64,000 bases of DNA, from the NCBI GenBank assembly GCA_964016885.1, contig OZ024740.1, forward strand, positions 180,420,001-180,484,000, in the 5' to 3' direction. Positions 15,655 through 27,883 of the stretch are shown piece after piece. Every line of letters starts with the position of its first letter. Position 1 is the first letter of the stretch. A program made the translations under genes and the position numbers. The notes under the pieces were generated by a model. It saw only the letters and a list, made by a program, of their open reading frames with translations. It searched no databases and was not told the origin of the DNA. The stretch comes from Eledone cirrhosa. Taxonomy: Eukaryota.

Positions 15655-15735
15655 GTGCGTAGTTTTGTGATTAGAGAGTTGGAATCAAATTCTTGAGGAT
15701 TTGAGTTCGATTTGCACTAGTTCACTCAGCTGTTA
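15655..15735 (+). mobile_element. Decayed tRNA-derived SINE head
   Basis: A-box-like segment, B box GAGTTCGATT, then CACTCAGCTG as in the SINE at 62821. Confidence 0.4.
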
Positions 15736-15779
15736 CTTTAGAACTGATCTACAAAACTTTCTGAATATACGAAACATTC

Positions 15780-16330
15780 ACTAAAGGATAGCTTACACAT
15801 CAACATCTCAAAAACAATGCCAATCTACAACCAGCAAATAGGTCAGGTTACTGAGTTTGTATATATTGGTCACAAACTATCATCAAACAACAATGAAATG
15901 ACCGCTGCGCTGTATCGCATCGCTCTAGGTTTGGCAGCTTTCAGCAGGAACAACAAAGTACTAACAGCAACACGAGTTTCCTATCATCCGAAGGCTACCA
16001 TATTCGATACGTACATCCTACTAGTTGTGTTATATTGTCTTGGTTGTGTTAATTTGATTGTGTTAATTTCAATCCAGAACCACATGTGAATTATGACTGG
16101 CAAGCTGCGCAGCGACCGTATCTGTGTCAGTGGGCTGGTCAACACCAACAGGATTAGGCCAATCACATTAGTTTCCAGGCCAAGTGTGTTAAAACTGCAC
16201 GGTCATATCCAAAGATCAAAACGTGGTGTGAGTAACTTGTGCCTAGAAGGAAAGTTGACTAGTAAGAGAAGGAGAGGCTTGATAATATCAACTTATGGAC
16301 AGGAATTGACATTTGCTCTTTAAACTCTGC
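15780..16330 (+). pseudogene. Decayed 3' fragment of a LINE ORF2 (RTE-like)
   Basis: QVTEFVYIGHKLS...RIALGLAAF...KATIFDTYILLVVLY and LKLHGHIQR...LEGK...RRRG are typical post-RT motifs. Confidence 0.65.
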
Positions 16331-16469
16331 TGTTGGTGATCGAACTTTGTGGAGAAAAATATCTCGTTGATCAGCAGCCAGACGCTAGAGGGACTCAGCT
16401 GTAGAAATATGAAGTGACGACACTGGTGGTAAGCTAGATAGATATATAGAAGGATAGATGAATAGATAG

Positions 16470-16504
<35 letters not shown>

Positions 16505-16505
16505 A

Positions 16506-16602
<97 letters not shown>

Positions 16603-16950
16603 TATATATAAATATATATATATATATAGAGAGAGAGAGAAGAAACATTCTTTAACAACTTCCTCCTCACTAAGTCTCATTTGCGTTAATACACATATTA
16701 TGCCATATGGACATTGTTACACGTAGATTTACATACATGCGTTTTCACCTTTCTCACTCATCTTTCTTTGTCGTTGCCTAAAAAACCTCCAACAGCAGTT
16801 CAGCCATATTAATACGTCATACAAGAAAAATAACAGCAAATATATATCTAATGTATATCTATCTATGTATCGATCTTTTTATCGATCTATCTATTTATCT
16901 ACCAATAGGAAGAAGTAGATTTAGAATCAGATTAGTGCGAGGAGGAGATG

Positions 16951-16983
16951 GAGAAGAAGAAGAAGAAGAAGAAGAAGAAGAAG

Positions 16984-17013
<30 letters not shown>
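16951..17013. repeat. (GAA)n microsatellite
   Basis: Direct reading. Confidence 0.95.
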
Positions 17014-17016
<3 letters not shown>

Positions 17017-20000
17017 ATCAACAATGATTATAATTTCATTTCATTTCATTCACATATAAAGACCCAGTAGCTTGGTCATATTTAGCTAAATTTATTAAGG
17101 CACAGATTCCTTGCCATATAATATTATCGCATCTCTCTCGAGCCAAGACATCTAACAGCCATTCTATGGCGAGTTTCACCATAAACATTACGTATATGCT
17201 AATTAAAGTTCCCTGCGGCAAATAGATTCAGTTTTATATATGTAATATATATTGTTGTTTTACTTCTGTTAATCCATCTAATTGCAGATGAAATCTACAT
17301 GTGTTTGTGTCAGTGTATTTCACTCGCGATCATCTATTGAAAAGTTTCAACTATGTTTCTTTTTAGCACATTTAATAGATATTTGAGCATCAACACAGAG
17401 GAATATTAAATACCTAATGCTATTAGAAATGTATTTGTCTCACTGAATATTCATTATGAAAACAGCAGAAAGTTTGAACAAATAAGTCGTTTAGTATTAA
17501 ATACATTATTCAGACATTATGACTGAACAATTATACATATGTAATGTAAATAAGCGGGGTATTATGGATTAAACATGAGTCGTGGGGTAGTAGCATTAAA
17601 TTTTACATAAACATGAAAATAATGTAATGATTATCGAGGAAAACTTAAAATTCGACGAATTTAAAGCCGATCTGCACTGGTAAATTTATGATAAAAATCG
17701 CGATATAATTCAACGGATAATCTGGATTTTTTACTGAAAATGGCTATTTCCTTTACTGTTGTATATATTGGTGTTTCAGGTCTCATCTCTAATCGTCCAT
17801 TTTAAATATAATCCAGTGATATGTGAACAATTAATAGCGTTCGTATAAAATACTAACAGTAGGGCTTCAATTTACTAACAATATAGTTTTAATTAAAAAG
17901 AAAAACCATTGTTTTAAAAATCCTGGCAAGACATTTCTCAGAAATGTTGAATTTGGAGAGTGAAAACAAACATTCTTAGCGCAAAGTGAGATTATCATGA
18001 TGAATATAGCAGAAAAGCGAATATATTACTGCTTAACGTGAAATAGTATGCGATTATCATTATTGGTTTAGTTTTAATTCATTTTATTCACTAAGATATA
18101 TCATGAACGTTAAATCTCAGAAAAAAACAAGTAAATGTTATTTGTTAGGAATACAAAACTTTTCAAGATGAGGATGCCCGTCTGGCTAAATCTCATACAC
18201 AAATCTATAATATATTAAGAAAAGGAGTCTGAATATTTCTTTTACTTTTACTTCATAAGCATCTTCATCGACCTCTTTATCAAGACCCCTCTCATCATCA
18301 TTTTCCTCATCAATTTCATTATTATCGTGTTCTCTTTCCATCTCAGCTCCATCTATTATTCGTCAGCGCTGTATTAATTTATTCTCGGCCTCACTATTTT
18401 AACCAACATAACTATACTGATAATCTTCCTTTTTATAGCTAGTATCATGCTGATGATCCCCATCGTGTTAAACACACCATTGCCAACGTTAGGATCAACG
18501 TCAGAAACAACAGTAGTAGTATCATCATCATAAACAACCTCATCATTTATAGCTTCAATCTCTATTTTTTCTCCTTTATGTTCGTATTATCTAGTTTGAC
18601 TTTTATTGTTCATTTGAATTATTCGCCTTATTCAATGTGCAGCTGTTATGTTCTTTAATTTCTCTCTGTAATTAGTTAACTCGATGTTACTATCACAAAC
18701 ATGTTATTTAAGTAAATGCCTGAGGGGATACTCCACTTTATCTATTCACCAGCTACAATCAGCAGCTAAATGTATTTCAAAATACATCCAGCCTTTTAAA
18801 ATATTGACGGAGACACATTCATCCTGAGGTAATATATGCAGTAATATATCTTGAATAAAGGTGTGATTATCATTGTTATAGGTCTGTTTATCATCTGTGT
18901 AACTACTACGCTAATGTTGAAGTCGTGTGGTTGATTGTTAAGCATAACCAAAATAAATCATGGGTGATATGTTGCACTTCAAATAATATCCCACAATCTA
19001 CAGAATTATAAAGACATCGCTGTAAACCAATATAAAGTTTAAAATATCTAGATGCTAAGGCTATTGCCAGGACCGGTAATTGGCGAATCATTTTGTCTCG
19101 TCGACAAAGTTTGTTCAATTGCAATCACTATACAAACAAGAATCTATCAATCTGGTCTCTGGACCTTTTAGATATACAGGCCACATCGCCTTGCAATCAT
19201 TTTGCGCTGCCTTATAGAGAACATGTAGAGCATTGTATTTTGAGAGATAAACATCGTGAGATGAGGTTTAATAGATCTACTAGCAAATTTTTGTAACTTA
19301 TTCACACAACAAAATCAGAATCCCCAACACAAACTGAATTCTATACAAATAACCTAAATGTGACATGTTGAGGTTATGCTCAGAGCATTACAATAACAAT
19401 GGCAACGTATAATAAAGGCACAGTAAGATATTTTAAAATAGTTCCTACGTTTTACATCCAAAATACCAATCTACTCCCATGAAAGGCTTAGTAAGAAATG
19501 TTGCAATAATGTGTACCAAAAACAACGTGACACGAATTCGCTTTAAAAAAAAAAGAAAATAATTGAATATCCATTGTTTAAATCCTTAAGAACTGGTTCG
19601 ACACACACACACAAAATAAAAAGAAAATATATGTGTAATATGATTTTGACATAACGTATAATTTTGATATAATGTTTTCATTGAGATACATGTATGTGTT
19701 TCCTATATGTCAAAATTGATGATATGTTGATTGTGAATTGTATTTATAGTCACCGAGAGTATGTCTTAGTTACGTAATACGTACACATCATTACTGACTC
19801 TAGTACATTTCAAAGATAACATTTTATTTCTCTCTATAGTTTGTTTATTATAGACTTGAATATTTAGCAATTTTCGGAATGGTCAGACACACACATATAT
19901 ACGTAAACAGTCAAGTTTATTAACATGATGAAGATAACATAACTTTTCCTCTATGCAGTACTGGGCGTTAAAATACGCAGTTTATAACTATCTCTCTCGT

Positions 20001-20025
20001 TATCCTTATATACATGCATACATAC

Positions 20026-20093
<68 letters not shown>

Positions 20094-20106
20094 GTATATA
20101 TATATA

Positions 20107-21001
20107 CGAGGTGTGGCAGAAAAGTTCCAGGACCGATGTCACAAAATATTTATTTCAAACCCAAACTTCACACTAAGAGTTTTCTCCTTCAAAGTAATCC
20201 CCCTGGAGTATGTAACTGTAATCTTAGCTCTCTGCAGCGATCAAACCTTTTTCTTCATAATTTTATATACATATCCTCTGTTTCATGTCGTCAAGCAATG
20301 AGCACAGAGCAACGACCAGACTTGAAAACTCCGTCAGAAGCACTGGGATTGCTGCAGCCAGTGTATGGAAATGAGACGATGTCACGCTCACGTATTTTTG
20401 AGTGGTGCAAGTGGTTTCAAGAAGGACGCGAGGATGTGGAAGATGGCCACAGGAGCGGAAGGCCGTCAACAACCAGGACTGAGGTCAACGTTGAGTGCGC
20501 CAGGCAGATGGTGCGTAGCGATCGTCGGCTGACTGTTCGGCTGATGGCAAATGAGCTGGGCATGAATCGGGACAGCGACTGGAAGATTCTCACTGAAGAT
20601 TTGGACATGCGCAAAGTCTGCGCGAAGATGGTACCAAAACTGCTGAACGGTGACCAGAAGGGTCGACGCATGCAAGTGTGCCAGGACATCCTCGAGCGTC
20701 TTGAAACCGAACCAGACTTGCTAGAGACAGTCATCACCGGTGATGAGTCATGGATCTTCGAGTGCGACCTGCAGGGGACCTCTTTTGAATACGTGGACGA
20801 AATCAAAAAGGACGTGACGACGGAACTGCGGAGGATCCCGGAAGAATCTTTCCATGAGTGCATGCATGCGTGCTAGAAAAGGATGGATAAGCGCATTAGA
20901 CTCCAGGGGTATTACTTTGAAAGAGAAAACTCATAGTGTGAAGTTTGGGTTTGAAATAAATCTTTTGTGACATCAGTCCTAAAACTTTTCTGACCTCCTT
21001 G
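20107..21001 (+). mobile_element. Internally deleted mariner (Tc1/mariner) DNA transposon
   Basis: ~70 bp imperfect TIRs (20107-20175 / 20934-21001) flanked by TA. Transposase HTH (MSRSRIFEWCKWFQEGREDVEDGHRSGRPST), KVCAKMVPKLL and first catalytic Asp (ITGDESWIF). The rest of the DDD domain is deleted. Confidence 0.92.
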
Positions 21002-21633
21002 TATGTGTGTGTGTCTGTGTGTGTGTGTGTGTGAATGTATATATATATATATACATATATATATGTGTAGTATAAGTTAATGTTTTAAGTTTAAACAGGT
21101 AAGAAGTGTGTAGAAATTTACAAAAAGGTTTATTATATAATCTAACACGTGTCTCATCTGCGATTAATTATTTGTCTACGAGAGCTAGAGATATTTTTCT
21201 ATTCATCCACTCGCATCTCTTACCGGCGAATCCTCAGAGAAAAAAATATGTAATTTGTTTTTTATTAGGGTATTAATGTAACAGGGAAAAGTAAGTCGTG
21301 ACATAAATAGCTACCTGTAGGCTTCAGGTGTTTTTGGTACTGTCATGGTGTATTCTACGCTACACCCACTCGTACCAACATGAAAAATATTTTGATCTTT
21401 GTGCAACAGACGTATTGGAAATTATAACACGGGAGAATTCATTAAAATCTAGACAGGATATAATAACCAATGGTAAATATAAACAACTAAAATCATATAA
21501 TACAGTCGAAGATAGCCCATGATTAGATCCTACATCTCTATTTACATTTATTATTTTGAATGTATCTGCTTTGAATGGCCGATCTTTATGACAAAGATCA
21601 CTGGTGCCGAAACTACTATATGAAAATCCTCCT

Positions 21634-21960
21634 TAACTATAATAGTTATCAATATATCATATATAGAAATAGAGAGAATATAGTGACACAAATATTCTGT
21701 CCGCCGGGGCTGTGGGAAGACCAGCACGTGGGACACCATTTGCTCACCATACAAAGAGATGGGGAGGACGAGAGAGATAGAGGCGATGACAGTGGGAGTT
21801 CGGCTCTTCCATGTTCGGACCATAACCTTGTGCTTGTGTTCATTATCTATAGATTTGATACTCTTGTCACAATGTGTTTATTCGTGTCACTATAATCACA
21901 TGTCACTATATTCTCTCTATTTCTATATGTGATATATTGATAACTTATATAATAGTTACG
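21634..21960. repeat. Small inverted-repeat element (MITE-like)
   Basis: GTTATCAATATATCATATATAGAAATAGAGAGAATATAGTGACA (~21644-21688) is inverted at ~21901-21945 around a GC-richer spacer. Confidence 0.6.
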
Positions 21961-22282
21961 TATATACATCCGTCAAATCATAGATGTATTATGGCGCATT
22001 CCAATAAGAAATTCTATTTTTTCTTAAATGAGACCAGATATAGGCTGATTCTTCTTATGATTGTTTTGATATTATTTAAGGTAAGAATGAATGATAAGGT
22101 CTATACAATTTTCAAGCTTTGCGATTGATGTTCAATCAGAATGTAAACATATGGAAAACAATTGTAATTTGCAAGTTCCATTTCTACATGGAAACTAATG
22201 CATTTGAATGTATTATTGAATGATCTCTCCCTGTCCTTTTCGGTCAAGCTCTCTCTAATTTTCTCGCTCTTTCTCCCCCTCC

Positions 22283-22406
<124 letters not shown>

Positions 22407-23475
22407 ATTTCCTTCTATCTTTCTCTTCATGCGTGTGTTTCTAGTATCTTCGGAATTATAAATTTGTCTATCCTTTGATGTACTAAGTGGTTATCAATTC
22501 AGAATATTTTATTAATTTCTTGAGAACACCTGTTAGTACCAAATTTAATTTGTTAACATTTTCCTACTCTGCACCAATGATTAACAATATAAATGTATTG
22601 CCTGTAAGCTAAGACAAAGTAGATGGTTGGTAGGGAGGTAGACAGGAGAATGAATTGGTTTAACATCAGAGCTATGCAGAACAGTTGGCTTGTCAGAAGG
22701 AGTATACACTATCGTGAATGTAAACGCAATTGGATAAGTTGATTGCAATTGAGTATTGACTGATGGCAGCGTAACTGATGGATTGATATGTATTTCTTTT
22801 GTAGGCGATTGATAAATATTATTTCGTGGTTAAAAAAATTTTCAAAAAATTTTCAGATTTATTTACGTAATTAGTTATTGTTTATATGTGATGAAACATC
22901 TATATAAATGACCTCTTTGTAATTTACTAACAGATAGGCCACTGGTTTTACAGTAAATAAATTGAAGGCAGACTAACTTGTGCACTGGTCTTTCACTGGA
23001 GCAGGATGTTTGAAAAACGTTTTTCTTCCAAATATATTGTCTGAATAGCGTAATAAATATTGTATATACGAAAAGAAATCTTTATAAAAAAGAATTTCTC
23101 AGATTTAAACACAATCGTGTTAATATTTCAATAAAGAAATTGTCCTTTAAAATGGAAGGCAAGTAATTGACTTTATCGTCAACTCATATCGAATGGCTGA
23201 CATAACAGAAACAACAGAGCGATATATTTTACTCTCCGTGGGTCTCAATGCAGAGGATTGGAAAATTGATTATGCATTCCCTTTTATATCATTCATTATT
23301 TATGCACAGAAAATATTCACAAGACAATCAGGTAATCGCAGTTCTTCTCAATAAACAAATACCAGGATCGTATGTGGAAGAGTATATTTGCAATATATTA
23401 GTCAAATGTATCATAGCAAATCCCTTTAGACATACGGTCACAGACACACGGACGTATAGGTGTGTATGTTTCTCT

Positions 23476-23536
<61 letters not shown>

Positions 23537-23544
23537 ATCTCCCA

Positions 23545-23628
<84 letters not shown>

Positions 23629-23878
23629 AAGAAATAGGATTTGGCTTCAAGCATAGCTTTATACAATATGTATAAATATTTCATATCTCCAAGGAAATAC
23701 GGTTTTAGGAAGCCCTAGCTATGCAAACACCGGGGGGCTAACGCGCTCTGGTGATGTCCAGCAGAAGCAAGGGGGACAACCGTCTATGCATTTCAAGCTT
23801 AACTGGCCTTCGTCGCGACGGTCCCTCCTATCACTTGCGACTTGCACCGTCGCAAGCGGTGGGAGGGACCGCCCCGAC

Positions 23879-26800
23879 GTAAAGTTCATAGGGCAGACCA
23901 TCCAAACCAGACGATTTACCCCTTGTGCAGCCGGTCATTGCCTCCCATACTTCAGCGGCTGTTATCGGCTTTTCGCAACACTCCGCCTCAGTGGCCGAGA
24001 GCCGCGGCAGTCCGTCGAGGTAGACACTACTGTCCATCCCTCGATCCGGCCGGCCGCTGCCCCTGATCAGCTGTGCGAAGTGTCGCTGAAAAGCTTCACA
24101 CATTTGCCCGGGATCGAGTAGCATGCGCTCGTCGTGGTCCACCAAAAACCGGATCGTGGCTTTGTTGCCACGACGCGCCTCCGCCACTCGGGCCCATTGA
24201 AAGGCTTTCGTCCCTTCGTGTCTGAGAGCAGGGACCCTAGCTGCGACAGCGCAGACTTCGTGCTTTGCATTGAAGAATTAAACAAGGGCCAATTTCGCCC
24301 AAGTACGTCTGTCGCGATGCCTTTGCTAAGAGCCTCGTCTAAATTTCTAACAAGTTCTCCCTCTGCTCTATTTTACTCTATTGCTAAAGCATTACTAAAC
24401 ATAAAGGACTCTATTCTAATCGCTCTTTTCAGAGCAAACCACCACTTGTTGTTGACGATGTCCCCCGTCAACGCCCACTTAACTAGTTCGCTACTCCGGT
24501 CTCTGTAGGCCTTGCGCTGGTAAGGACGCATTTAGCTTCCAGTAGCCGGGTCCTCGTCTATGAAGCCTATCTAAGTCAAGCACACAGATCACGAAGCTTA
24601 CTATCTTGAATTGTGGACAGCCTATGCTAGACCTATCTATTTCCTTACAAAATACTCTATCTAGATATGATCTGGATGACCCTATGCGATTTGTCCAAGT
24701 CCACATTGGCACATTCGGGAAATCCAATCGGTACCTGTCAGACAGTTGAAAACGCCTGAGCAGGTTGGTGAGGCTCTTGCACCCTCCTCCCCTATCCGCT
24801 AATCCCACGCAGTACCAGCGTGCATCTAAGATCTCGTTCCAGTCGCCCACTAACACTAAAGAGCGGGACATTCCAAGAAAGGTCTCCAGACGCCGGAAGA
24901 AATCAGGCCTCCCTGCTCCTGTCGGGGCATAGACGGCCACTAGCCTGAAAGCTTGCCCGTCTCCGCTGGTCACGTCCAGCACCACCAACTTATTCTGGGT
25001 CCAGGAAGATGGCCCGTATGGCGAGATCCAAACCTTTCCGAAAAAGCACAGCAACTCCACCCCCCCAATCCAGGACGGCTGGTAGATGCGTACACATCGT
25101 AGCCGCCGAAGATCGGTGCGAAGACTCGTGCTTCGGAGATTCTGGTCTCGGTGATGGCCACTACATCTATGTTTAGTGACCTGAGGTCGTTGAGCAGGTG
25201 GCCCTGCTTCCATGACGACCCCAAACCACGTGCATTTATACTGCCTATTCTGAGTGAGGTCATGTTGAAAAGGAGTGGAAAAGATGGGAAAGACCACCTA
25301 CCTTACTTCTCGTAGAGGAAGGATGGTTTCTCCATCCCTTTTCACTTGAATCGTCCCTTCGGCTGGTCGTCGGCTCTTCTGTGAGTATATCTGAATATAC
25401 TCTCCGGTTGAGTGTCCCTCCTAGGTCTCTGAAATCACCAACTGCGTTGGAAATTTCGTTTTAATGTTTGTGTATTGCTTCTGTGCTACTTTTACCAGTC
25501 TTATGTTCGTTGGAGTTTTGATTCGTGCTGGTATTATGTAGTCGTGCTGTGAAATGTCTGCGTGTTCAAATATGTAAGTCATTAGTTTCTTGTTGTGTAT
25601 ATTTATTGCTGTGCATTTGTGTTTCTAGGGGTGGGGTGTGGTTCTGCTAGATTCTTGTCGTTGTTGCAGGGTGTGTGTGTTTTGTTGTTGTGTTTGCGAT
25701 GTTGGTGCTTGTGGTGGTGGTGTTGAAGGTGTTGTTGTTGTTTGCGGTGGGGTTGCTGCCGGTGGTGATGGTGGTGCAAATGTGGGTCGAGATGGTGATG
25801 GTGGTGTTGCTGCTGTAATTCTCTTTGCAGTAGCCTTTGCCCTTTTTTCATTTCTTTCCTCCCTTTTCGAAGGCGCACGATGCGTCTTGTCCGATTCTGT
25901 GAGGTCGGGGAGGGGTACCAGCACCACTCTTTCACTTGTTGTTGTTGGTGATGTTTGTAGTGGAGTCTCTGTGGCAGCTGGAGTTGGTATTGCTGTTGTT
26001 GTTGTTAATACTTCCACTACTGCTGTGGTTCTTGATTTCGGTAGCGTGGGTATGGGTGCCACGGACCTATCCTTCCTGCTTGCAACTTGTCCTGTTGCTG
26101 GTAGCAGTGGAGCCGGTTTCGAAAGGAGGGGGGTTTTCTTCTTTCTCAGGGTCTTCACATTGCAGAAGGCCCTGAGGTGAGTCTTCGATCCACAGCGAAA
26201 GCATTTCGGGTGTTTGCCCTCAACACTTATGGGCAGTTGAGTGCCGTTATCGTAGTCTATCACATCCGCGATAGCTTCGATGCACTCCTGGTTGGTTCGG
26301 ATTAACATCTCAATGGAGGTGCCGGCCCAATCTTCTCGTACTTGTTCCTGTACTTGCAGTACAGTTGTTTTGTCCTCGATTCCAACGAGGGCAGACGCGG
26401 CCAGCCAAGAAGGGGGAGGGGGGGGGGGGTCAGTTTCACCCTCACAATATTTTGTCCGCAGTAGGAGGGTACCAACACCATTTCCTCGCTCCTTAGGGTC
26501 ACTAAGGTTGAGACATTGCCTCCTGGGTGTGGCAAAATGCACGTCCCCGGTGGCATATTTCTTGCCTCGGGTGATATGCGTCTTACGCTGCCACACAGAC
26601 CCTAAGGCTTTTTGTATTTGAGCCTCTGTGGCTCTTTCAACCCTACGTGATTTTGTGCTTACTGTACGGTACGTGACCGTACAGTGCTGTGGGTTTTGAA
26701 AATTTGTTCGGCTGCCTTGCAGATTGCTCGGTGTCCGGATTTCGTCACCATCTTCTTTGCTTCCTGTAATTCCTCATTTGTTATAAGGGTGGTTTCCAGT

Positions 26801-27577
26801 TTCTTTGCGATACCTGCAAACGAGATTGGTTTTTCTTTCTTGTTGTTGTTGTCAGAGCTGCTGTTAGTTTTGTTGCTGCTGGTGATTCTACGACTGCCGC
26901 CGCCACTGTTGCTGTGGATGTTGTTGTTTTTGTTGCTGCTGCTGATGTTGGTGTTGTTTATTTTGCTGCTGATGCTGTTGCGGCTACTGCTATTGTTTTC
27001 CTTGTCGCTGTTGCGGCTAGTACTATTGTTTTCCTTGTCACTGTTGCTGCTGCTGCTTTTATTACGGCTGCTACTGCTATTCTTCCTGACGTCAGACGAA
27101 TGAAATGGCTTTCCGTATTTACCGCACACATTTTTCGTTGTTGTCGTCGTCGTTGAGAAATGTTCCACGGTATGCACGTGCTCTTGGAAGCTATCAGAAA
27201 CTATATTTTTCTTTTTCTTTACTGGCGTCACTTGCGTAAGAGAAGGGAGGGAGAGAGACACATTTAGAGATGGGAGGGAGAGAGACAATCTTCTCTCTAA
27301 TGTAGTGACGATTGAGGAAGAAGAAGACGGAATGAGTGGGAGTGGCTTGTGAAAATTATTTTTTGTAGCCATGTTTTTTTCCTTTTTGAAATGAATATTG
27401 GGCACAAAACCCCATTAAACGGTTATTTAACCCCAAAGGGCCAAATAACGGGCAGAAAGACACCTCTCGCGAGGAGGAGGGTGTTTTTATGTACAATATG
27501 GTTCAAGTTTTAAACAATTTACAATTGTTATAGCGGTTAAAAATTACTATACCTTACAGAGCCCAGCCTCCGTCAAC
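23879..27577 (-). mobile_element. Decayed, 3'-truncated Tx1/L1-clade LINE (sister subfamily of 27620-33651)
   Basis: Homologous 5'UTR. Frameshifted ORF1 (26659-27405, 25625-26596, with CFRCGSKTHLRAFC). ORF2 APE start MTSLRIGSINARGL at 25263, breaking off just after KSSGLDGLPYELY. Confidence 0.92.

Positions 27578-27619
<42 letters not shown>
27578..27619. repeat. (AAT)n tract between the two Tx1 copies (3' tail/target)
   Basis: Direct reading. Confidence 0.95.
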
Positions 27620-27621
<2 letters not shown>

Positions 27622-27883
27622 TTTCTTTATTAACCACAAGGGTTTACATAAAGTAGACATTAAGGACAGTGCAGGACAATGCAGGACGGTACAAATGGGC
27701 ATTTCTGCGTGTAAAAAAAAACAAATACAGAGGATGTAACAAAAATAACAATGAAAATAACAATGAAAAATTCCCCAATAGGGGGGAGACTTCGGAGGGA
27801 CATTTGTGGAGAAAGCCCAGTAAAAGGCCACAATGACCCTGACCACCAAGGCAAGTGCCCTCTCCCAGTTTTCCACCTTTAGT

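Noticed and set aside
18906-19296. Short ORFs in unique-looking DNA
   Set aside because: No motif or splice pattern I can support.
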